Shown here in pieces: positions 29,418-37,179 of a DNA stretch of 64,000 bases. The notes beneath the pieces are model-generated. The model did not search any database. It worked only from the letters and a program-made list of their open reading frames with translations, and was not told where the DNA came from. Made by a program: the position numbers and the translations under genes. The DNA comes from Rhodothermales bacterium. GTDB lineage: Bacteria > Bacteroidota > Rhodothermia > Rhodothermales > JAHQVL01. Position 1 is the stretch's first letter. Every line of letters starts with the position of its first letter. The stretch spans positions 4,673 through 68,672 of the forward strand of contig CBDHHF010000005.1 of the NCBI GenBank assembly GCA_965263205.1. The letters are read 5' to 3'.

Positions 29418-30077
29418 ATGGACCAATCCAAAGCACTAGCAACCCTCGCGTTTTTACCCCAGGCAGCAGAGACGTTTCAGGACACTTTTTTTCGGACCGC
29501 CATTCATAAAACGGTGCCGGCAGGCAATTTTATTTGTCTGGAGAATAACCAGTGCGGCTTTCTGCCTCTGGTCCTCGCAGGAGAAGCGCGTGTTTACAAA
29601 ATGAGCGATGAAGGGCGCGAATTAACCCTCTACCCAATTCTGCCGGGAGACAGTTGCATTCTGACGGCCTCGTGCATCATGAACGACATCGTTTTCCCGG
29701 CAAATGCTGTGGCCGTGACGGATGTTGAAGCGTTGCTGGTACCGCCACAATATGTACGTAACTGGTTGGCTACGTATCCAGATTGGAGTGCGTATATTTT
29801 CGGTTTACTATCTCGCCGACTCGTCGACGTAATTTCCCTTGTAGAAGAGGTAGCGTTTCAACGTATGGACGTCCGGCTTGCGCGCTACCTTGCCGATGCA
29901 TCAAGCAGCAATGCAGTGATCAAAAAAACACACGAAGCCATTGCAACAGACCTTGGCACGTCCCGCGAAGTTGTGAGCCGGCTCCTGAAAGAGCTCGAAT
30001 ACAAGTCTGTGCTGTCGCTATCTCGCGGCGCCATTACGGTGCTTCAACCTGAATCACTCACCCAACGAGGTGCCTAG
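29418..30077 (+). CDS. Crp/Fnr-family transcriptional regulator (cNMP-binding domain plus HTH)
   Basis: Cyclic-nucleotide-binding fold (GEARVYKMSDEGRELTLYPILPGDSC) plus the C-terminal HTH THEAIATDLGTSREVVSRLLKELE. Confidence 0.9.
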   Translation: MDQSKALATLAFLPQAAETFQDTFFRTAIHKTVPAGNFICLENNQCGFLPLVLAGEARVYKMSDEGRELTLYPILPGDSCILTASCIMNDIVFPANAVAVTDVEALLVPPQYVRNWLATYPDWSAYIFGLLSRRLVDVISLVEEVAFQRMDVRLARYLADASSSNAVIKKTHEAIATDLGTSREVVSRLLKELEYKSVLSLSRGAITVLQPESLTQRGA

Positions 30078-30211
30078 GTATAGGTTGAACGTTGCATATG
30101 CAAGGTCAGGGGTGTTCAGAAAAAATTCTTTATCCAATGTTGGCGCTCATGGCCATTCCAGCAAGAGATCCGCATCTTGTGCAGCAAGGAACTGCTTCCT
30201 GGTGTAGGTTG

Positions 30212-30408
30212 CGTACGTTCATTTCTTTTACCCGAAAACAAAACAGGGCCCCAAAAGAAACGAACCAAAGAAAAGGGCACCACCAAATAAAACGCGCGTT
30301 TTTATCTCCTTTCGCGCAGATCCTCCTGAATTTTATTCAGGAAAACGCTTCGATAAAAGCACCCACCGCACATCGCCACGCATTTGGTGGACGTCCGCGC
30401 ACTAATTT
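30212..30408 (+). repeat. Copy B of the ~190-nt structured repeat
   Basis: See copy A. It contains ccaccaaat (30280-30288) complementary to atttggtgg (30382-30390), enclosing the hairpin cctgaat ttt attcagg (30325-30341). Confidence 0.8.
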
Positions 30409-30539
30409 GCTTAAAAACGAAAGAATCTTGCTAGCTACTATTTTTCTGAACACTCCTGATGCAAGGTAGAAAGTTCTTTTGCTTTATACTATGTGTTATT
30501 CCGCATGCGCTGAAGACGTAATCTCAACATATTGTTTGT

Positions 30540-30926
30540 ATGAAAATCCGAATTGCCGAGCAGTCCATCCGCATCCGTATCAAGCCGGCTGAATTGGAGG
30601 CGTTACATGCAACCGGCTCGCTGCACCAGTCGCTCGCGATGGGTCCCACGCCAGAGCACGTACTAACATTTCGCGTCTTGCGTGATGTTGCGGGAGATCC
30701 CCTGAATGCGACGTATGCGACCAACGAAGTACTACTCATGGTCTCCCCTTCGCTTATAGCTGAAATGCTTGAAACGGAACGTGTAGGCGCAACCACCGAG
30801 CACAAGCTTCAGCCAAGCAGGCTCCTCACCATCTGTTTTGAGAAAGACTTCAAATGCCTCACCCATCGGGAGGAAGACGGCGATGCGTACCCACACCCAG
30901 CGACTAAACCGACTCAAAAAGCGTAA
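30540..30926 (+). CDS. Hypothetical protein (128 aa)
   Basis: The ORF has coding-like composition (MKIRIAEQSIRIRIKPAELEAL...). I could not assign a family with confidence. Confidence 0.5.
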   Translation: MKIRIAEQSIRIRIKPAELEALHATGSLHQSLAMGPTPEHVLTFRVLRDVAGDPLNATYATNEVLLMVSPSLIAEMLETERVGATTEHKLQPSRLLTICFEKDFKCLTHREEDGDAYPHPATKPTQKA

Positions 30927-30936
30927 AAACGAGCTA

Positions 30937-30952
30937 TGTGATCCAGGTCACA
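30937..30952. promoter_or_regulatory. Perfect CRP-type palindrome TGTGA-N6-TCACA
   Basis: The sequence tgtga tccagg tcaca was read directly at 30937-30952. A further TGTGA half-site lies at 31001-31005. The site is upstream of the small ORF at 31009 and the DUF2892 gene at 31142. Confidence 0.45.
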
Positions 30953-31008
30953 GACGGCAAGCGCAAGGCAGGCTATTTTCTTCCTATCGCCAACCTACCG
31001 TGTGATCC

Positions 31009-31119
31009 ATGTCCAGACGAGAAACTGCAAAAAAACTGGCACTTGTTTGCCTCATTTGTATTGGCTTCTTTGTAGGCATCGGCTTACTGATTGAGTATGG
31101 CGGTACCCTGTTTACCTAA
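31009..31119 (+). CDS. Possible small membrane protein (36 aa)
   Basis: My translation is MSRRETAKKLALVCLICIGFFVGIGLLIEYGGTLFT*, containing a single TM helix. It is too short for the ORF track and no homology was recognised. Confidence 0.3.
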   Translation: MSRRETAKKLALVCLICIGFFVGIGLLIEYGGTLFT

Positions 31120-31141
31120 TTTCAATTGAAGGAGAAATACC

Positions 31142-31351
31142 ATGAACCTGAATATGGGCACCATCGATCGCGTCGTCCGCTTCATTCTGGCTGCTGTTGT
31201 AGGCGCGTTGTACTTCACGGGCCAGATTTCGGGCACGGTGGCAATAGTGCTGGGCATCCTGGCGGCAGTATTTTTGCTTACCAGTTTTGTAGGCACCTGT
31301 CCGTTGTACCTCCCTTTCAAGTTGTCAACGAAGGCAAAAGAGCCGGCCTAA
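31142..31351 (+). CDS. DUF2892 (YgaP-like) small membrane protein
   Basis: MNLNMGTIDRVVRFILAAVVGALYF...LTSFVGTCPLYLPF is the typical DUF2892 pattern. A ggag motif lies 8 nt upstream of the ATG. Confidence 0.8.
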   Translation: MNLNMGTIDRVVRFILAAVVGALYFTGQISGTVAIVLGILAAVFLLTSFVGTCPLYLPFKLSTKAKEPA

Positions 31352-31378
31352 CGGGTTTAAACCTGGGCAAAATTCACA

Positions 31379-31780
31379 ACACACCCCGCTGATTCTTTAA
31401 CGGGTCAGCGCTCCTCTCAAGAGGGGATTTTTGATAGTGAGATTTCTTTGGCAAGCTTCGCATCTGGTAGCCAACCGTGCGACAAGTGTATAGCCTCTAC
31501 CCCAATCGCACGTCACGAATACCCCTCTTGAGCGGAATGGCTATAGCGTCGGGGTGTGTTTGTGTTTTTGGGTTCTGCCCGGACACACCCCGGCCCAGAC
31601 TTCGTCTGGGCCACCCCTCTCGAGAAGGGATTTTTTAGGGATGATTCTATTTTCAGAGTTCAGATCATCACTCTAAACGCGCCCCCCAATTCCCCCTGGT
31701 AACGCCAAAACAACCACCAATCCAACCCATCCCCTCTCGAGAGGGGACAGCCTGACATAGCCAGGCAGGGGTGTGTCTAC
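31379..31780. repeat. Cluster of four ~50-nt modular REP/BIME-like palindromic units in alternating orientation
   Basis: Units lie at 31379-31426 (-), 31522-31563 (+), 31583-31629 (-) and 31731-31780 (+). Each unit has a CCCCTCTCGAGAGGGG-type palindrome, a hairpin whose sequence differs between copies, and a GGGGTGTGT tail. Confidence 0.7.
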
Positions 31781-32668
31781 GCCGCCCCGAACCGGCCGCG
31801 GATGTACGCCGGCACATCACGCAACCGTAAACTCGTCGTCGACGGCCCGGTCCGAATAAAAAACGCGTCCTGGTCGTCATCCAAAAAATACGCCGGCATC
31901 GATGCAGGCGTGCAGTCTACGCGTAACATTTCTTTCCCGTCGATGTCCTCAATCGCAAACTGAATAAACTGCAAGATGCAGGGCACCTATGCGCTCTTTG
32001 ATCATGTTGGTCACGTGGAGCAGCATTTTATCGCTGTTTGTAAACTTGTCGTTATCCAATCCCAGTATTTCGCCATCATCACCCACACCAATCATCAAAA
32101 TGCCGCCTTCAGAGTTGAGAAATGCACAGATGGTTTTCAAGGCGGCTTTTTCTACGGCGCGATCCTTTTTACCCGTATAAAGATTCATCCGAAACGTCGA
32201 CTTAAACTCTACGTTTTCGGTCTCACCAAAGCGAATCAGCTCTGCCGTTGAGATTTGTGTACGCGAACGGAGGTAATTCGTGATGCGTTTGCTGAGTGCG
32301 CGGGTAATCTTAAGCGCAATTTCCGGTGGGACATAGTCTTTATTAAACAGCCGCGTCCCACAAATTTCGATTGCAGAAGCCGGCCCATCCGCAACAACAA
32401 TCCCTGAGCGAAAATCGCCATTAATCACGCCAATCTCGCCCACCAATTGCCCCGGCCCAAGGGTCTTAAATTCGCCGTACGCGAGTTGTAAAGAGAACTG
32501 ACCAGACGCGATCAGATAGAAGAAGCGAGGCTTTCGCTTGTTATCAAAAACCACCTCGCCATCACTAAAAGTCACACGCTCTACGATGGGCGACAACGCC
32601 GCTAATTCCTCTTGAGATAGTACAGCAAATACGTCGTGCTGCGCCAACACCTGCAACGCTTCAGTCAT
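31777..32668 (-). pseudogene. Fusion of a cNMP-binding domain and an AlbA_2 (Schlafen-like) domain, interrupted by a 1-nt frameshift near 31986
   Basis: ORF 31949..32710 carries a cNMP-binding fold (FFYLIASGQFSLQ...GPGQLVGEIGVINGDFRSGIVVA) and then ETENVEFKSTFRMN...ICAFLNSEGGILMIGVGDDGEILG. The domain continues in another frame in ORF 31777..31986 (LQFIQFAIEDIDGKEMLRVDCTPASMPAYF...FFIRTGPSTTSL). Confidence 0.7.
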
Positions 32669-32718
32669 ACAATCGGGGTAAAGATTCCGAATGCAACTGC
32701 AGTGTCGCATCCTTCACC

Positions 32719-33345
32719 TCACATACTACCGATAGCCGCTACAAGGTCCTGGGATAATCCTGTGAGTGTGCTTTCCAGACCTGTCACCAGATTGGGGTAA
32801 TTAAGGAGAACCGGCCCTTCCGTTGTTTGCACCGTGACACCTTGTTTCAGTACCGAATTTGTATCCGGATCCAATACTTTCCAGTAGGCTTCGAGATGCG
32901 CGTGCATGCCGGCTGATCCTGGCTGGGCCAACCGGGTGCCTTCAAACTTGGTGACAGAAATTTCAACGACGTAATCATGCTGAGCTCCCGTCGACCAGGG
33001 CACAACATCCACCTGCTTTACGTCTGCTTCCGCCGTCATCAACCCGGCCAATACACGGTTGATGGCAGGACTCAAGTCTTCCCCCCACCGGTGGGCATCC
33101 AGGAATTCGACTTCGTTTGCGCCGCGCCGGACAACCAGGTGCGGAGAATCCAGGTACGTGGCAAGCTGAAGCCGGCGCAATCCGACAACCGCACCCTCTG
33201 AATCACTTACAGGTGCCTGCAATTGCTGGCCGCCCAAGACGTAAAACCGGGTTTCGTTTTCTCTGGGCTTCAGGTTCACGCAGCCCTGCATCATCAGCAC
33301 GGCGAGCAGAAGAACGAGTAGTTTAGATCCGTTATACATAATCAT
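32719..33345 (-). CDS. PqiC/DUF330-type ABC-transport auxiliary lipoprotein
   Basis: Lipobox LAVLMMQGC, followed by RFYVLG...LATYLDSPHLVVRR...HRWGEDL. The start overlaps the upstream stop as ATGA. Confidence 0.75.
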   Translation of the reverse strand: MIMYNGSKLLVLLLAVLMMQGCVNLKPRENETRFYVLGGQQLQAPVSDSEGAVVGLRRLQLATYLDSPHLVVRRGANEVEFLDAHRWGEDLSPAINRVLAGLMTAEADVKQVDVVPWSTGAQHDYVVEISVTKFEGTRLAQPGSAGMHAHLEAYWKVLDPDTNSVLKQGVTVQTTEGPVLLNYPNLVTGLESTLTGLSQDLVAAIGSM

Positions 33346-34371
33346 TGACCGCTGTTATTATCATCCTTTCCACGGATGAGCATACTGGGATTCTGTTCGA
33401 GCGTGTTAGCAAGGACCTGTAATGCGTCGGCAGCTTTTGCCAGGCTTTCGAGTGTTTCTTGCAGATGGAAGCCCAGGCCACTGTCGGTCGTCATCATCGC
33501 GTTTGCCTGGGTCATCGACTCACGCATCACACGCAGCGTCTGATCCAGTTCAGCACTCGTATTATCAAGGCGCGAGGTAAGTGTTTGGGTTGATGCATTA
33601 AGCTGCTGTACCAGGATGCGGACATCTGCCATCGTCTGGGCAAACTCATCGGAAGCAGCCGGTAATCTGTCGACAGTAGCTTGCAACGAATCAGAACCGA
33701 TGAGCCGGCGAATGGACGCTGCTGTCTGCATCAGCGACCGACTCACGCCTTCCGTATCCAGTTCATCAATTTTCAGGTTAGCTTTCACCAGCAAGCGCCG
33801 TCAGGTTTTCACTGATGGCATTCACATTGAACGACCGCAGGTTCGACACAAGCCCCGAGGCTTCGGAGCTCAGCGAAGCCATCGGTGAGAAGGTCGATGG
33901 AATTTCGTTGGTTGCCAGATCATCCAACACCTCATCTGATAGTGGTGGCGTATCAACGTAGCGCAGTTCAATGTACATCTGCCCCGTCACGATACTCTCC
34001 AACTGCAATTGCGCACGCAACCCTTTTTGGATGTGCTGACGCAACGCCTCGTACTCCGTCCACTTCAGTCCATCCGAAAGGATCAGATCGAGCCGTTCCA
34101 TATCGATTTGATAGGTAACCGGTACCTGGAACGTCTCTTCATCAAGATCGATGAGCAACTGTAAGTCGGTTACTTCGCCGATTGGTACCCCCTGGCACTT
34201 CACTTTGGCACCGACGGCAAGGCCGTTCACAGACTCACGGAACGAACTCTGAAACTCAGCTTGCTCCCTGAACAGGCTGTTCGACGTAAAAGCAACGATA
34301 CCCAGGATCGATAGCATCAATCCTCCCAGCAAAAACATGCCGATCATCGTTGGATTTGCGCGTTTACTCAT
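33342..34371 (-). pseudogene. MlaD/MCE-domain substrate-binding protein split by a 1-nt frameshift near 33790
   Basis: ORF 33778..34371 holds the TM segment and MCE domain (NGLAVGAKVKCQGVPIGEVTDL) and ends ...NLTALAGES*. ORF 33342..33794 continues in another frame as LVKANLKIDELD... with a helical C-terminal region. Removing one base would give NLTALLVKANL. Confidence 0.7.
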
Positions 34372-34425
34372 TGGCTCACTGCGTTTTAATTAAATCGGTT
34401 ATATGCACTGTAGACATGCATAACA

Positions 34426-35202
34426 TTAGTCCATGTCACCACTTCGTGTCAGGAAACGATGTACTTCTTCGTTGGGCGGATTCGCTTTCAAATCAAACGG
34501 ATTACCCAGGCCCGTCATCGTCTTTACCGTGCGATCGAGAAAAACACCGCGGTCCGCTACTTTGAAGATGCTCGACAAATCGTGGCTCACAATAATGATG
34601 GTCGTTCCGAGGCCGTCGCGCAGCCTCAGAATCAGGTCGTCGAGACGGCCGGCAGAAATTGGGTCGAGGCCTGACGAGGGCTCATCGAAAAATAGAATTT
34701 CGGGATCAAGCGCCATCGCCCGTGCTAATGCAGCACGCTTGTTCATGCCGCCGCTGATTTCAGCCGGATAAAACGTCTCAAAGCCTTTTAATCCAACCAG
34801 GGAAAGCTTCAGCGAAACGAGTTCAGCGATTTCCTCGCGCTCCAGGTTGGTGTAGACCTCCAGCGGCAGCGCTATATTTTCAGCCAGCGTAAGTCCACTC
34901 CAGAGCGCACCATTTTGGTACAGAATGCCGATGCGTTTTCTGACGGCGTTTTTCCCCTCCTCTTCCATATCCCAGAAACTCTGACCGTCGTACAGCACTT
35001 GCCCTTCTGCCGGCGCTTTGAGTCCAATCATGTGTTTCAGCAGCGTGCTTTTTCCACTCCCGCTTCCGCCCATGATGACAAAGATCTCCCCTTTCTGGAT
35101 CGTAAAATCCAGTTCGCGCATCACCACGTAGTTGGCATACGCCATCGTGAGATTGCTAATGCGGATGGCAACATCCTGGCTATGTGGGTGATAATCCATC
35201 AT
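34426..35202 (-). CDS. MlaF-like ABC transporter ATP-binding protein
   Basis: Walker A GGSGSGKSTLL, signature ISGGMNKRAALARA and Walker B ILFFDEPSSGLD. The ATG at 35202 sits 1 nt after the permease stop. Confidence 0.9.
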   Translation of the reverse strand: MMDYHPHSQDVAIRISNLTMAYANYVVMRELDFTIQKGEIFVIMGGSGSGKSTLLKHMIGLKAPAEGQVLYDGQSFWDMEEEGKNAVRKRIGILYQNGALWSGLTLAENIALPLEVYTNLEREEIAELVSLKLSLVGLKGFETFYPAEISGGMNKRAALARAMALDPEILFFDEPSSGLDPISAGRLDDLILRLRDGLGTTIIIVSHDLSSIFKVADRGVFLDRTVKTMTGLGNPFDLKANPPNEEVHRFLTRSGDMD

Positions 35203-35203
35203 C

Positions 35204-36325
35204 TCAAATCTCCACCACGGCCGCGAGCCAGTCGATGATGGCATTGGCCAGGATAATATGGGTGATGGCGGTAACTACAGCAGAGGTGGTAGACACACCA
35301 ACGGCACCGGCATCATTTCCGGTCTGCAACCCGCGCATACAACCGGCTAATCCAATAATTGCCCCAAAGATTGTGGCTTTGAACAAGCCCACGAGCACAT
35401 CAAGTATAGAAACAGGCTCCAGAAAACCAGTGATAAACTGCGTCATGCCCACGTCAAGCATGCTGAGCGCAACCAGCACACCGCCTATTACACCGATGAA
35501 GTTTGCATAGATGGTTAGCAGCGGCAGGGTCACAAATATCCCCAAAAACCGGGGCAAAACCAGGAAATCCATGGGTGAAATGCCCAGCGTTTCGAGCGCA
35601 TTGATTTCTTCGGAAATTTTCATGCTCCCGAGTTCAGCCGCAAAGGCAGCACCGGTACGGCCGGCCATGATGATTGCCGTCATCAACGCCCCCAATTCGC
35701 GCAAAATGCCGTAGCTAACGAGGTACGATACGTAATAATCTGCGCCAAATCGCTTGAGTACAACCGCACCGAGGAAAGAAAGAATCAGTCCTACGAGGAA
35801 GCTGATCAACGTCACAATCGGTAACGCCCCCGAGCTATTCGACTGAACAATCACCCAGAAATCGCGCCAGCGCAATTTTACGCGGCCGAACAGAAAACCT
35901 GTAAACGTCTGTGCAAACTCACCCGTGAAGCGCGCAAAAGCAGCCGTCTCCCTGAACAGCTTGATTCCAGCCTTGCCCAAACGGGCCAACAAGCCCGCAT
36001 CTTGTTGTTGGTCAAGCAGTTCAGCCTCAGGTACAGCCTGCGACAATTCAATCAGGCCGGCGATATTTTCTGGCAACGTGTCTGCACGAAACCGAATCCC
36101 GTTCGATGCGCAGAATTGCATGGTGTCCAGTACATACGTGAGCAGGCTGCTATCCCAATGACCAAGTTGGGATGCATCAAATCCAATGGCCCGTACTGGT
36201 CCACGCTCCTCCCACTCAGAAAATGGCGGCACAAACCGCTTCAGCGGCTGATCAATAGACCAGTCCCCTGCCAGGTGCAGCACGAGCGTGTCTCCTTCGT
36301 ATCGGGCGTCAATCTGCATGAGCAC
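35204..36325 (-). CDS. MlaE-like ABC permease with an N-terminal STAS-like domain
   Basis: The N-terminal ~100 aa (DTLVLHLAGDWSID...) look STAS/MlaB-like. The C-terminal polytopic permease carries LGALMTAIIMAGRTGAAFAAELGSMKISEEINALETLG. Confidence 0.85.
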   Translation of the reverse strand: MLMQIDARYEGDTLVLHLAGDWSIDQPLKRFVPPFSEWEERGPVRAIGFDASQLGHWDSSLLTYVLDTMQFCASNGIRFRADTLPENIAGLIELSQAVPEAELLDQQQDAGLLARLGKAGIKLFRETAAFARFTGEFAQTFTGFLFGRVKLRWRDFWVIVQSNSSGALPIVTLISFLVGLILSFLGAVVLKRFGADYYVSYLVSYGILRELGALMTAIIMAGRTGAAFAAELGSMKISEEINALETLGISPMDFLVLPRFLGIFVTLPLLTIYANFIGVIGGVLVALSMLDVGMTQFITGFLEPVSILDVLVGLFKATIFGAIIGLAGCMRGLQTGNDAGAVGVSTTSAVVTAITHIILANAIIDWLAAVVEI

Positions 36326-36499
36326 GGCGGGAATTGCCGCAAATCAGTAAACTATTGGGTGGTCGCGTACGTCGAAATCCGTGGGCTAATCATACAATAA
36401 GACAGAATGGGACCTGATGCACAGCGTTTATGCTTATTCATTCCATCTACATGGAACAGCTAAAAATCGCAGGTTACAGCGTATTGGGCGTAATCAGAA

Positions 36500-37153
36500 T
36501 CAGGCCGGCAGTTGGGCCTCCAGCACCATCGTTTCAAAGGCATTCATTGCCTCGTTTCCCATTCGTTTGCCATGCATTTCCAGTCCAGCAAGATGCGGAT
36601 CACTGCTCTCGCCGACCTTGCATACGTCGACATCCATGAAGCCGGCATTCCGCAACGCTTCCGTCAAAAAGGCTTGATCGTAAATGAACTGATGCCCCCA
36701 ATTGCGAAATGCGTTGTTGATAACCATAACATCGCTGGAAGGACCCGTGTCGGGCAAAAAACGGTTGGTGATCCACGCGATGTATTCCTGCTGCACCTGC
36801 GTCTTTTCTGGGCCATACAACGCAAGCAAAACAGCTAAATCAGGGGTTGCTATCCTGATTTTCCCGCCAGGTTTTAACACGCGAGCACACTCGGCCAACA
36901 TGCCGGCACCTGCCTGGTAGTTCAAATGCTCAATCATATGCTCCGTAAAAACATACTGAAACGCATTGTCTGGCAGAGGAAAAGGCAGCGCTGCATCCAT
37001 AAACACATACGACTGGCCAGCCTCCCCATATCCGTTATGCGGCATGAGGTCAGTATTCAGCCAACCCTTCATGTAATTGGTTGCACACCCAAGTTGCAAT
37101 CCAGGAACGACTGCCTGCTCCAGGTACAACTCGATGATGATGTTGCGATCCAT
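36500..37153 (-). CDS. Class I SAM-dependent methyltransferase
   Basis: Contains MIEHLNYQAG...VLKPGGKIRIATPD, typical of the Methyltransf_11/23-like families. Confidence 0.75.
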   Translation of the reverse strand: MDRNIIIELYLEQAVVPGLQLGCATNYMKGWLNTDLMPHNGYGEAGQSYVFMDAALPFPLPDNAFQYVFTEHMIEHLNYQAGAGMLAECARVLKPGGKIRIATPDLAVLLALYGPEKTQVQQEYIAWITNRFLPDTGPSSDVMVINNAFRNWGHQFIYDQAFLTEALRNAGFMDVDVCKVGESSDPHLAGLEMHGKRMGNEAMNAFETMVLEAQLPA

Positions 37154-37179
37154 CTAAAAAACGCGGCTAAAGCAAAGAG

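Noticed and set aside
30092-30103. A 12-bp perfect palindrome (ttgcatatgcaa) just after the Crp gene stop.
   Set aside because: It is a single occurrence, matches no binding consensus I know, and could arise by chance in AT-rich spacer DNA.
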